IMG/VR virus record: IMGVR_UViG_3300034102_002265
Span: 1 to 64,000 of that record
DNA from: a virus
Length of the DNA stretch: 64,000 bases
Direction: 5' to 3' (one strand)
Positions 37,801-47,182 of the stretch are shown in pieces. Both the position numbers and the translations under genes were made by a program. Numbering within the stretch: position 1 is the stretch's first letter; every line of letters begins with the position of its first letter. The notes beneath the pieces are model-generated. The model saw only the letters and a program-made list of their open reading frames with translations. It ran no database searches and was not told the origin of the DNA.

Positions 37801-40728
37801 CTTAAGGAAAGTATTGATGCCTACAAATGTAGATCCTAATGATACAAGTCTTGTTAAGCTATCATCTTCATAAAGTCTAAAACTACTTGCATCAATATAT
37901 CCAATATAATATTGGTTTTTACTAACAAGTCCACCAATTACTTGTTGGGGAATGCTTTGTTCATTTCCAATATAAACGACACTTTCTCCATTAATAAATG
38001 GGTGTGCAGGTATTGTAATTACGCTAGTTGCAGTATTTACTGAACTACCTACATTAAACTGTTGTTGTACTAAGAGTGGTTTAAAGTTTGATGTTACATC
38101 ATTATCATTGTCATCGAAGAATCTTAGTACATATAGATCTTGTTCAGATCTCCCAAGTCCAACAGTTTTAAGAGTCTGAAGTCCTCCAGAAACTCCCGTT
38201 GCAGCAACTCTACCTCTATCAAATGTAAATGAATTTGGACTGAATCCGGTAGATCTAAGAGCATAATAACCAAAGTTAGTTGCTGAGTTGGTAATTGATA
38301 GATAGCCGCCAGACTGTGTTAATGAACCATATCGACAGAAGATCTGGAAACAAGAAACAACCTGAGCATAACCATCATTAATTGTTCTCCAACCAATACC
38401 ACCAAACGAAACCATGGTAAAGGTTGCTGCGACCATGGACTTACCGAATTTAGGTAAATCGCCAACTGGTGGTTTTTCTGCTTCTTCAGGTATTGCAGGA
38501 ATATTGTTATCCTGAACTTTAGATCCATCTACTAAAATACCATTTCCACCAAGGAATGAAAGAATGGAACAGTTCTGGATATATGGAGATTGGGTAATTT
38601 TTAATTTACCTAATTGAGCAGTTCCCCCTCCATCATAATAATGTTGTATTGTTGTAATTCCTGCTTTGATCGTAAATTCTACAGGAGATCCAGTAGAAAT
38701 AATATCAAAATCACGTTGACCATTTGCATTCGATTCTGGGTAGAAAACTGTTGTAACTCCAGCATCATAATTGCAAGTAAATCCTAATCCGGAAAGTCTT
38801 ACTACTTGTCCTTTAATCAATTGGTGAGGAATATCAGTAGTTATTGTTGTAATTCCAGTCGCATTATTATAATAAGCATCAACTACGTTAACAATGGTTC
38901 CACCATATCCAACTCTATTAACAGATGAATCAAATGGATCATCAAAAGCAACAGTATAATCAAATGTATGTTGTGGAACTCCATCAATAACATAATCTTT
39001 CATTGAAATGTTTGTTATATAACAACCATTTCTTACTCTGAATAAATCTTGTCCTGCATGTAAAGGTCTTACAATGGTATTTCTGAGTGAATCACCTGAA
39101 ACAGAAATGCCATCTGCAACAATAAGAGGGTTGTTTTCTACATAATCTCCACCTTGAACAAATACGGTAACCGCATCTAGAGTTTCTGGTTGTGGATAAG
39201 TTTTTGTTGGTGCAAAGCCAATTCCACCAGAAATAATAGCTGTTGTAATTCCAACATATGAACCTATTGCAGACCAAACATTAGCGCAAGATGCAATACT
39301 ATAACTATCTTTATCAACTGTTTGATCATACGCAATAGTAAGATCATATTGTTGAGTAAGAACTAACTGATATGTTGTTGGTACTGCAGTATTGTTTATG
39401 ATATATCTAGAAATAGTAGTAATATATTGGAAGGCAGCTACGGTTTCTGTAAGTCTATCATCAAATGAAGCCTTTACAAGTTGATAGTATTTAATTGTTG
39501 CATCAACAGTTTTTGAATTTCCTCCATAAGCTAAGTCATGGATAAATCCATCTAAAATGTATCCAATATAAAGTTTAGCGTTATTTGAATTGTATCCTGG
39601 ATCTCCAACTATGGATGGATATTGATTTTGAATATATGCAACAACTTCTGCCTTAATAAATTCTTTGTTTAATTTTACTAGATTGGAACCATCTATAAAT
39701 CTAGAATCGACAGTATTTTTTAGCCTTTGTGAGGCAAGTTGCAATCCTCTCCGTATAGTTTGTACTGGTAAAATTCTACCATCGTTACTATCATCACCGT
39801 CAAGAGCCGATACTACAATTCTAGTTTGTGCAGATGAACCAGCCGAACCAAAGGTAACATTTCCAGCTCCATCAGTTATTAGAGCTTGGCCGGGTCTACC
39901 ATCTACAGTTGGGAAACTTAATCCACTAATAATTGCAGATTCTAATGTTGAAATTCCTATAACATTTATAGCACTTAGGATACCTGCCTTACCTGTTATT
40001 GTACCATCTAGTACTAAATCGGATCCAAAACCTACAAAACCATCTACATAAAGACTTTGGCCAATACCAACACTTCTATCAACATTTAGGTTGTCATTAA
40101 GTTGTACAGAACCATCTACCTCTAGAGTGCCACCTATTTCAGTAAAAGAAGATACACTTAAGGTATTGCCTATACTAACAGAACCAGTTAAAGAAGATTT
40201 ACCACCTACACTAAGACTTGCTCCTACACCTAAGTTATAACCAATTTGACCAGCACCACCAGCGGTTAAATTGGAACCTATTCCTACGGATGTTCCTACA
40301 GAAAGGCTACTTCCTATAGAAACAGCAGCTCCAACTACTAAACTAGACCCAATGGAAACACCATTGACGACGGATAAATCGGAACCAAATCCAGCTAAGC
40401 CACCAACACTTAGGTCTCTAGTTACTGTTATATTTTTTTGAGCAAGTAGATTTGATGAAAATCCAACTGCTCCTGCAACATCTAATCCATCTTGCAAAAA
40501 GGTAGATCTATTAACAGTAAGATTATCCTCAACAATAACAGATCCAGCAATTGTTCCACCAACCGAATTGGTAAAATCTGTTCTTAACAACTCAAATCCA
40601 TTTGGTTGCGAACCATCGTGAACATGAACTGATTTGTTGGTAGTATTTACAGTAAGTTCACCGGACGCGCCAGTAAAAGCTACGTGTTCTTCCTTTGTAC
40701 CTCTTCTGAGTTGTACCTGTTTAGTCAT
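34885..40728 (-). CDS. Large tail fibre/spike protein (1947 aa)
   Basis: N-terminal Mtd_N-like MTKQVQLRRGT...GELTVNT...VHDG; VGxxLxV beta-helix repeats; GDDSNDG...PVQTI pectin-lyase-like entry; repeated HxxxxGDxVxY modules; CATAAATA upstream at 40764-40771. Confidence 0.85.
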   Translation of the reverse strand: MTKQVQLRRGTKEEHVAFTGASGELTVNTTNKSVHVHDGSQPNGFELLRTDFTNSVGGTIAGSVIVEDNLTVNRSTFLQDGLDVAGAVGFSSNLLAQKNITVTRDLSVGGLAGFGSDLSVVNGVSIGSSLVVGAAVSIGSSLSVGTSVGIGSNLTAGGAGQIGYNLGVGASLSVGGKSSLTGSVSIGNTLSVSSFTEIGGTLEVDGSVQLNDNLNVDRSVGIGQSLYVDGFVGFGSDLVLDGTITGKAGILSAINVIGISTLESAIISGLSFPTVDGRPGQALITDGAGNVTFGSAGSSAQTRIVVSALDGDDSNDGRILPVQTIRRGLQLASQRLKNTVDSRFIDGSNLVKLNKEFIKAEVVAYIQNQYPSIVGDPGYNSNNAKLYIGYILDGFIHDLAYGGNSKTVDATIKYYQLVKASFDDRLTETVAAFQYITTISRYIINNTAVPTTYQLVLTQQYDLTIAYDQTVDKDSYSIASCANVWSAIGSYVGITTAIISGGIGFAPTKTYPQPETLDAVTVFVQGGDYVENNPLIVADGISVSGDSLRNTIVRPLHAGQDLFRVRNGCYITNISMKDYVIDGVPQHTFDYTVAFDDPFDSSVNRVGYGGTIVNVVDAYYNNATGITTITTDIPHQLIKGQVVRLSGLGFTCNYDAGVTTVFYPESNANGQRDFDIISTGSPVEFTIKAGITTIQHYYDGGGTAQLGKLKITQSPYIQNCSILSFLGGNGILVDGSKVQDNNIPAIPEEAEKPPVGDLPKFGKSMVAATFTMVSFGGIGWRTINDGYAQVVSCFQIFCRYGSLTQSGGYLSITNSATNFGYYALRSTGFSPNSFTFDRGRVAATGVSGGLQTLKTVGLGRSEQDLYVLRFFDDNDNDVTSNFKPLLVQQQFNVGSSVNTATSVITIPAHPFINGESVVYIGNEQSIPQQVIGGLVSKNQYYIGYIDASSFRLYEDDSLTRLVSLGSTFVGINTFLKNNQDFFAYEIIDAHNVYQRVSLASTSSTLKFVSGREVTQVLAGGGTAVGIALTYLSSTRSLIVSVESVGGIKNLFSASSPNPIADHTASPISIGVTAVAGITTYFTVETKVDSTIPGNVIPDIGDLPETYKLHFHRPSIINSSSHTWEYSGSGIDYNALPQNGGKTIPSSEQVSEQGGRVYSSGTNELGDFKIGDFITAYNRTGNIIFNNKVTIGQLDSLRLSLSGGTVIEEFSSDVNLGETEIGGPLNKRVSTQLAVRTFMNNRLGDFIDKRVSTSAIPNNIVQLNASGQINADLIPPKVVNFITVTTIGGKTSLVNYIPAANIRQGDTAAEPENSYVLVQDTIQEYLILDSPTTNYNFLNGDTVTSALSAGNAIGIVTAPTSVAYGTTGLVKGVPLNLTSLSGGSGYTSPGIYTGVSLNSVTGIGTSITATVTVSAAGTVSNVAISTGGRYYATGNVLTLNNPALIGGRTGGSNFQITIGNVETRLYLKLTNNQKFPGSTALPDYIQDRNAVAISTNLSTVVTKTFDPTDYNTGGNVDFFNNRIIIDNTNLGDGDPVIYRNNGGNSIGGLINGNTYYIKKVGIGSVQVFNTYAIASPISLTSSGTGTHSLIRNTIDENKNTLVFVNHGLASGDAIKVTGATPTGITTGGFYYVGSVTTNAFTFHTTQSDATQSANGVTLNAVGISTVGVGTTLTVTKQNVRYSATVNTSSALDSNWSLLAKSDIDASNIISGTVSPTRLGSGSATQDTFLAGNSAYQKVVKSVGIGTTQPIQVTATSFDSAPGGVGVNTYYGNINISLNRVASSLDTFSTLGVARFKTSTFTVGVDGQVSIKNSTTGDIDAATLGSQSPSYYIDPANLSAAVPITKGGTGLTGLPASGAILLGNGTAFNQTVNPTFTGNVVFNNGIAISGIVTATRFVSNVAQGTAPVSVASSTVCTNLNANFLGGTSRADVEGAIEDAKAFAYFIGVS

Positions 40729-40781
40729 AGTACCACGGGTAAACGCAAATCTTTCTTCTGTTTTATTTATGGAGGTTTTAA

Positions 40782-43700
40782 TTAGATGATGATAACATAA
40801 GATCTTGGAATCTGATACGGATTATTAATACTAATTGAAGATGAATTCAATTGATCGATAAATACTGTTCCCATTCCAATATAAGTGGATCTACCAAAAG
40901 ATTCAAATCCACTTGAGATGGTAAATATACTTCTATTTCCGACAAGAGTTTCATGATATGTAGCACTTTCATTACCGATTCCATAAACATTAATGGATCC
41001 AGAAGTTCTTGGTGATGGTATAAATCTGATATTTGGATGGACGAGTTCTCCAGAAATAGAAATAGAACCAATTCCAGAATATATGCTGGATTTTTTGATC
41101 CTAGATTCTGCATTACCATAAAGATTAGTGGTGGTAATTCCAAAATATGGATATTCTTTGTTGAATGCAACCTTCGAAGATCCAGAAACAACAAATAGAA
41201 CACTATTATTAATACTGGTACTGGAGTATAATTTAGATTCAGTAGATCCAGAAAGTGCAAATAAAGTTCCCTTACCTACATACGAATCGACATCATATAC
41301 TTGACTTGCAGATAATTCGAATATAGTTCCTACACCAACATAGGAGTTTATTTTTCTTATTCTTCCAATAGATTCCGAAATTTGAATATTACCGAGACCA
41401 ATATACTCATTAGTGTGTATTTGATTGGTGTTTGCAAATCCAAAGACATTGAATAGTTGTGTAGATTCTGGTGGATTAGCTACAAATCTTATAGAAGCAC
41501 TATTTTCATAATCACAAGTAATATCTTCGGAATCACAAGTATCATAAGTATTATCAACCAGATGAGTTTTGAATCTGATTGTTCCTTGGCCAGAAATACT
41601 GGATGTAAATGTAACAACTGAGGAGGATTCTGCAAAGAGTATTTGACCAAATCCAGCATAAGCAAATCCCTTTCTTAGAACAGAATTTCCACTAAATTCA
41701 TAAAGTACCTCTGTTTCAGGTGTTTGTGCAATAAATCTTTCTCTTGCAGTTCCAGATGTATTAAAGAGAATTGTTTGTTCTGGAGTTTGAGAGGAAAGTG
41801 ATTCTTGAGCACTTGAAGTTAGTTTGACTGAACCATTACCAGAATAACTAAAGGCTCTCCTATTAACTCTTTGATCTGATAAAGTAATTGTTCCAGAGCC
41901 CGAATATGATTCGGTGTTCTTTTCAATTATTGGTTGAGTTTGAGTGGAAATCTGAATAAATCCAGATCCAATATTTGCATATACTGCAATTTCTCTATTA
42001 AAAGATCTTCCGGAGAAGGTTATTAATCCGGAACCTGTATAATTCGTTCTTATAAAGCTTTCATTACCAAAACCAGATACAAATATAGATCCCTTAGCTT
42101 TGTATGGTAGAGTTGCCCTGTAAATTGATCCTGCATCAACAATCTGGATAATTCCCTTTCCAGCATTAGGATCTCCAGAATTTATTGGATAAACTGGGGA
42201 GTAATTTCTAGAATCTCCACTAAGAGAAATTATACCAGATCCAATATAAGTAGTTCTGGTGAAACTTTCAAACTTGGAACCAGAGATATTAATTGATCCA
42301 AAACCACCATATCTCTGTACAAAACTTTCTAGTCCAGAAGAGAACCCAAAGAGTGATCCAGTAGCAACATAAGAATCTACATCCTTCGTTATAGCTTGTC
42401 CATATATCTGGAAGATCTGAGTAGTGTCAGAAGAGAATGTAAGTTTAATATCAGAAGCAGATCCAGAAATTTGAAATAGTTGAACTGACTTCAGATAATT
42501 TGAAGTAAATTTCTCTACAGCAGATCCAGAAATACTTAATGAACCATATGGAACTAATGGTTCGCTGTATCTGTAGCTTCTACTCTCTACTTTCTCCCCA
42601 AAGCTAAAGAGTGATCCAGAAGTTACATAAGTATCTGAATCTTTCTCTATAGCTTGTCCATATATCTGGAAGAGTTGGGTATTCTCTGTATAATATGTTC
42701 TAGTGTCAGAAGCAGATCCAGAAATTTCAAACAGTTGAGTTGATCCCGAATAGTCTGAAGTAGATCTTTCTACAGCAGATCCAGAAATACTTAATGAACC
42801 ATATGGGTACTGATTACTAAGGATACTTTCAATAATGGAACCATGATCAATTGTAGATGTTGGATCATTAATGATAAATTCATAATCCTGGAGTCCAGTA
42901 AGATCATCGTCTACAACAGATCCATAGTCGTCTGTGGGATCGTCTACGGAGTCTTCGCTGTATCTATAGGTCCTACTCTCTACTTTCTCGCCAAAGGTGA
43001 ATAGAGAACCTTGGCCAATATAGGTATCTGAATCTTTCTCTATAGCTTGTCCATATATCTGGAAGATCTGAGTAGTGTCAGAAGAGAATGTAAGTTTAAT
43101 ATCAGAAGCAGATCCAGAAATTTCAAACAGTTGAGTTGATTCTAGATAGTCTGAAGTAAATCTTTCTACAGAAGATCCAGAAATACTTAATGAACCATAT
43201 GGAACTAGTGGTTGTATGATATCTAAGGAAATCAATCCATAATCTAATATTGGTCCTGGGTTGTCAGTAATAAATCCAGAATCTTCAAATACTGTAAGAT
43301 TAGTATCTAAAATAGATCCATAATCGTTTATGGAATCTTCAATCGAATCTTCACTATATCTGTAGGTGATACTCTCAACTTTCTCTCCAAAGCTGAAGAG
43401 TGATCCTGAAGCTACATAAGTATCCGAATCTTTCTCTATAGCTTGTCCAGAAGCAACAAATGATCCCCTTCCATAGAATCTTGGGGTTACATTGAGTACT
43501 GCTTTACCATAAATTTCAAACAGTTGAGTTGATTCCGGTTGATCTAAAGTAAATGATTCTACAGCAGATCCAGAAATACTTAATGAACCATATGGAACTA
43601 ATGGTTCATTGTATCTGTAGCTTCTACTCTCTAGTACTTGTCCAAATCCAAATAGAGTTCCAGTTCCTTCTGGACTATACGTTACTTTTTCTACAGATGT

Positions 43701-44381
43701 TCCAGAGAGGTATAGTCTATAATTTACTTGAGTTATAGCTGATCCACTAAATGTTAATCCACCGAAAGGATAAAGACTAGTAGAAGTTAGTATAGAGCCC
43801 TGATCAAAACTAAATGAAGCCGGTACACTTACAAGTCCGTAGTCGTCCGGTGAATCAGATGTGACATTTAGATCACCGAGATCTTCTGTTGTGTAGAGAA
43901 GTACAGAAGATTCGTTATAATCGTAAGTTTTACTTTCTAATTTTTCACCGAATCCAAATAAAGTTCCACCAATATCATTTGGATGGTGAACAAAGTTATA
44001 TTTTGCAGATCCGTAAAAAATCTTATCAACATATTCAGTATTTGCTGATCCACCAAATGTTAATCCACCAAAAGGATACAGACTGGTAGAAGTTAGTACA
44101 GAACCATTGTCAACACTAATTGAAGCCGGTACACTTATGAGTCCATAGTCATCCGACAAATCATATACATCATTTATTTCGTCAAAAGTATGCGTTGTTT
44201 GACTAAAATTTATTGTATTATTACTAAAACCATTCGGTTGTAATATTCCCTGTAGTGTATCATAATCTTCCGTAGTGTAGAGAAGTACGGAAGATTCATT
44301 ATATGATATAGATATTTCTTCTAAACAAGTTTGTTGTAATTGAATATTTTGTGGTATTCCCTGATAACTGAAGTCAGTCAT
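40782..44381 (-). CDS. 1199-aa repetitive Ser/Gly-rich structural protein
   Basis: Repeated units EPLVPYGSLSISGSAVE, TQLFEISGSA, GSLFSFGEKVES, DYG(S/L)I. Confidence 0.75.
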   Translation of the reverse strand: MTDFSYQGIPQNIQLQQTCLEEISISYNESSVLLYTTEDYDTLQGILQPNGFSNNTINFSQTTHTFDEINDVYDLSDDYGLISVPASISVDNGSVLTSTSLYPFGGLTFGGSANTEYVDKIFYGSAKYNFVHHPNDIGGTLFGFGEKLESKTYDYNESSVLLYTTEDLGDLNVTSDSPDDYGLVSVPASFSFDQGSILTSTSLYPFGGLTFSGSAITQVNYRLYLSGTSVEKVTYSPEGTGTLFGFGQVLESRSYRYNEPLVPYGSLSISGSAVESFTLDQPESTQLFEIYGKAVLNVTPRFYGRGSFVASGQAIEKDSDTYVASGSLFSFGEKVESITYRYSEDSIEDSINDYGSILDTNLTVFEDSGFITDNPGPILDYGLISLDIIQPLVPYGSLSISGSSVERFTSDYLESTQLFEISGSASDIKLTFSSDTTQIFQIYGQAIEKDSDTYIGQGSLFTFGEKVESRTYRYSEDSVDDPTDDYGSVVDDDLTGLQDYEFIINDPTSTIDHGSIIESILSNQYPYGSLSISGSAVERSTSDYSGSTQLFEISGSASDTRTYYTENTQLFQIYGQAIEKDSDTYVTSGSLFSFGEKVESRSYRYSEPLVPYGSLSISGSAVEKFTSNYLKSVQLFQISGSASDIKLTFSSDTTQIFQIYGQAITKDVDSYVATGSLFGFSSGLESFVQRYGGFGSINISGSKFESFTRTTYIGSGIISLSGDSRNYSPVYPINSGDPNAGKGIIQIVDAGSIYRATLPYKAKGSIFVSGFGNESFIRTNYTGSGLITFSGRSFNREIAVYANIGSGFIQISTQTQPIIEKNTESYSGSGTITLSDQRVNRRAFSYSGNGSVKLTSSAQESLSSQTPEQTILFNTSGTARERFIAQTPETEVLYEFSGNSVLRKGFAYAGFGQILFAESSSVVTFTSSISGQGTIRFKTHLVDNTYDTCDSEDITCDYENSASIRFVANPPESTQLFNVFGFANTNQIHTNEYIGLGNIQISESIGRIRKINSYVGVGTIFELSASQVYDVDSYVGKGTLFALSGSTESKLYSSTSINNSVLFVVSGSSKVAFNKEYPYFGITTTNLYGNAESRIKKSSIYSGIGSISISGELVHPNIRFIPSPRTSGSINVYGIGNESATYHETLVGNRSIFTISSGFESFGRSTYIGMGTVFIDQLNSSSISINNPYQIPRSYVIII
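42390..43630. repeat. Internal direct repeats within the 1199-aa gene
   Basis: 83-bp identical copies at 42390-42472 and 43041-43123; four copies of gatccagaaatacttaatgaaccatatgg near 42523, 42778, 43174 and 43567. Confidence 0.9.
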
Positions 44382-44755
44382 TTTACTCCACCTCCAGATA
44401 CATCGGGAATAACTTGTCTTATTAATGAACTATTAGATTCAAATATAACATTAAATCCAATCCATCTGAATACAATTCCATGTAATAGAATAGATTTTTT
44501 ATTAATATCTTCAAATTTTCTAGCTTCGGAAGAAATTATTTTATAAGTCTCTTTTTCTTTAGATGGTTCTATTCTAATACTTCCAAAAGGAATTAAAGTT
44601 TCATTGCATGTAATATTTCCATAATTATCAACTACCTCACAATTACTACTCAATTTTTGGCAGTCAAACACTTCACTTGGAAAAGAAGTAATACTTCCAA
44701 AATCTTCTTCCAAGTATTCATTTATGGATGATGAGTTATACTCGTAGATATTCAT
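44378..44755 (-). CDS. Small protein with one degenerate unit of the downstream repeat protein
   Basis: YEYNSSSI...EDFGSI...DNYGNI...LIPFGSIRI; ATGA overlap with the 1199-aa gene; likely start MNIYE at 44755. Confidence 0.6.
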   Translation of the reverse strand: MNIYEYNSSSINEYLEEDFGSITSFPSEVFDCQKLSSNCEVVDNYGNITCNETLIPFGSIRIEPSKEKETYKIISSEARKFEDINKKSILLHGIVFRWIGFNVIFESNSSLIRQVIPDVSGGGVK

Positions 44756-44783
44756 CCGTAACCCTAATCCCCAATGAGTAAAC

Positions 44784-44816
44784 AAAAAAATGGGGATTGT
44801 TTTTATAACAATCCCC
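44784..44816 (-). terminator. Rho-independent terminator (possibly an attenuator)
   Basis: GGGGATTGTT-ATAAA-AACAATCCCC, a 10-bp perfect stem followed by A and T7. Confidence 0.8.
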
Positions 44817-44845
44817 CAAAAACGAATAATATATTTATTTAGATA

Positions 44846-45853
44846 TCAATCAAGAGCAACATTTAATGTAATTTTAATCTGGTCTCCATTATTTTGAATC
44901 GTGTAAGGACCATTCGTAAATCTTTCAGCGTACATTATAGAACTATAAAGAGTTGCTGTATTTAATCCAACAGTAGAATTTGAAACCGGAGTCAATGCAG
45001 GAGTTGTATAGAACTCATTTGCATTTGGGACAGAGAATACGGTATACGTATTTGATTGTACTGTTGTATTTCCAGTACCAGCAGCAACATAAAGAATATC
45101 TCCTGCTACTAATTGGTGTCCATTAGCTACAATCTTACCATAACTAAATGTAACGCTTGGATCTGTAGCAACTTGGATGTTATCGATAAGAGATTTATCT
45201 AGATATACAACTTTTAATGCTCTATCAACACCAATAACCTGAGTTCCTGTCTGAATGCCAGCATTACCACCAACAATCATTCCTAAAGTTAGGTCATCAA
45301 CACTCTGATCTGGATCAATTGTAATATATTGATTTCCAATAACTCCAATAACTGGATCGGTATTATCTCCCTTAGATACGGTTGTTCCGATACCAACAGA
45401 AGCATAGTGTACAACACCTTGCACAGCAACAGGCATATTATTTGCACGAGTTACATAATAACCATAGACATCTCCAGCTTCTCCAGTGAAGGTAAATGTC
45501 TGTTCTGGATATGTTGCAGTTGTACCAGAACCAACTTGATTAATTCTCCAACGAGAACCATTTAATAGAATGCCAGTCTGTGAAGTGTAAACTTGATCTG
45601 CTCTATTGTTTACACAATATGGATAACCAGTAGATGGTGCATATCCATAAGCATTTGTATTACCAATTCCATATGGTTCATAATATCTAACATCTGAAGG
45701 CACATCAGACTCTGCAGGAGTCGTGTTGCTGGTAAAAAGTTTTAAAATTAAATTTCTGGGAGACTGGTCAGCAAGACTGGCTGTGTGGTTGTTTTGTGCA
45801 ACCAGATATCTGAGTGACTCAAGTTCTCCAATATTTGGAACTAATAGTGCCAT
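44846..45853 (-). CDS. Virion structural protein
   Basis: MALLVPNIGELESLRYL, ATYPEQTFTF, VYGYYV, YAERF...GDQIKIT; TATAAATA at 45895-45902. Confidence 0.75.
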   Translation of the reverse strand: MALLVPNIGELESLRYLVAQNNHTASLADQSPRNLILKLFTSNTTPAESDVPSDVRYYEPYGIGNTNAYGYAPSTGYPYCVNNRADQVYTSQTGILLNGSRWRINQVGSGTTATYPEQTFTFTGEAGDVYGYYVTRANNMPVAVQGVVHYASVGIGTTVSKGDNTDPVIGVIGNQYITIDPDQSVDDLTLGMIVGGNAGIQTGTQVIGVDRALKVVYLDKSLIDNIQVATDPSVTFSYGKIVANGHQLVAGDILYVAAGTGNTTVQSNTYTVFSVPNANEFYTTPALTPVSNSTVGLNTATLYSSIMYAERFTNGPYTIQNNGDQIKITLNVALD

Positions 45854-45897
45854 TTAAACAACTCCCCTACAGGACGATTTTTAATAACTATCTTTAT

Positions 45898-46575
45898 TTA
45901 TAATTTTAATTTTAAAGAAATCAGAAATCTATTGATATTATTTACCGCAATAACATCAAAAGTCAAAATACTACCAGCAACCAAAGTTGTATCCCAATTA
46001 GTTAAATTATCATCTCTAACTTTTCTAGCATTTGTAATTTGTGGATATACTCCACCAACTATGGAAGTAAAAGTTGGAAATGTTGAATATGTTGATTTCT
46101 TAATGTCCAGAGTCAGATCACCTTGTTGATCGGACAAGATAACCAAAGACTCAATAATTCCACTTACATCTAAGGTTACGGAGCCCTTGTTACCCGCAAT
46201 CATTGCGATAGATCCACTATCAACAACATAATTAATAGTTCTGGTTAAGTCTGCTGTCGTTGCAAGAGCAATAATAAAAACATCATCTCCAACATCTGGA
46301 GCATTTGTAAAAATAATATTATTATTTGATATTACAAAGTCTTGAAGTGGTTCTAGAATTACATTATTTAAACTAACTATGAGTTGTTGTTCATTTATTG
46401 GAACATAATTATCTCCAGTATAAAATAATCCAAATGTATGAGCAACTCCGGTAAATTGGGAATTTATATTGTCAAGAATTATGTTCCCGTATTGTATTGA
46501 CTTTGTAGGAATTTCATAGTCAACACCAATTCTATATGGACCTGGTTCGTTTAACGTTACTAAGTAATCAGTCAT
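45898..46575 (-). CDS. Virion structural protein (hypothetical)
   Basis: LDNINSQFTG...LIVSLNNVILEP...FTNAP module also seen in gp7. Confidence 0.7.
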   Translation of the reverse strand: MTDYLVTLNEPGPYRIGVDYEIPTKSIQYGNIILDNINSQFTGVAHTFGLFYTGDNYVPINEQQLIVSLNNVILEPLQDFVISNNNIIFTNAPDVGDDVFIIALATTADLTRTINYVVDSGSIAMIAGNKGSVTLDVSGIIESLVILSDQQGDLTLDIKKSTYSTFPTFTSIVGGVYPQITNARKVRDDNLTNWDTTLVAGSILTFDVIAVNNINRFLISLKLKL

Positions 46576-46907
46576 TATGATACTCCGGGAGTTACCAGAA
46601 CGTTTCCTTGAACAGCTCGGGTTCTGTAAGAATTAGGAGAAATAAGAATAATATCATAAACATAACGACCGCCTTCAATCGCGTCAGTTGCAGTATATCC
46701 CATAGAAACTGCAATTTTTCCATTGATTCTATCGGGAAAAGCCAGTGTTAGTGGGTATGTTGTTGAAGATGCGGGATGTTTCCTAATTGAGGAAATGCCG
46801 GTGTATCCAGTTAAGTTTAGTGGTGCGTTATTAGTATTCCTGATTGTAAAGGTGGCTTGAAAGTCAACCCCTTGTTCAAGAACTAAGTTTACATTCCTTG
46901 CCGCCAT
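46575..46907 (-). CDS. Small baseplate-associated protein (BppU N-terminal-like)
   Basis: LEQGVDF, PLNLTGY, GRYVYDI, QGNVLVTPGV; ATAAATA at 46928-46934. Confidence 0.7.
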   Translation of the reverse strand: MAARNVNLVLEQGVDFQATFTIRNTNNAPLNLTGYTGISSIRKHPASSTTYPLTLAFPDRINGKIAVSMGYTATDAIEGGRYVYDIILISPNSYRTRAVQGNVLVTPGVS

Positions 46908-46930
46908 TATTGGAATCCGTTTTTAAGTAT

Positions 46931-47182
46931 TTATGATCCAGAATCTAATTTGGACAAAATCAATTTCATCATATCTTTCATTTCACTTACATCAGACTTC
47001 AATTGATCTATTTCATTAACCTTGTTGTCAATTTGATTTAATCTATCAACTTCGTTTATTCGTTCTGTTTTCAATTCCAAATACTTTTTGTACTCGGAAT
47101 CAGAACAGTTTAGAATAGCATTGGAGTTCTCATCTCGAAACAACCCCATGTTTCCTTCTACAGGTACTAACATAATTTTCAA
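46931..47182 (-). CDS. Conserved small coiled-coil hypothetical protein downstream of the VrlC-like gene
   Basis: VEGNMGLFRDENSNAILN followed by a heptad-rich tail. Confidence 0.7.
   Translation of the reverse strand: MKIMLVPVEGNMGLFRDENSNAILNCSDSEYKKYLELKTERINEVDRLNQIDNKVNEIDQLKSDVSEMKDMMKLILSKLDSGS

Noticed and set aside
31333-40728. Diversity-generating retroelement acting on the Mtd_N-containing fibre or the Cys-rich genes
   Set aside because: No reverse transcriptase in the window and no template/variable repeat pair differing only at adenines
42390-43630. CRISPR-like array
   Set aside because: The repeats are in-frame coding modules with irregular spacing and related, non-unique intervening sequence; no cas genes
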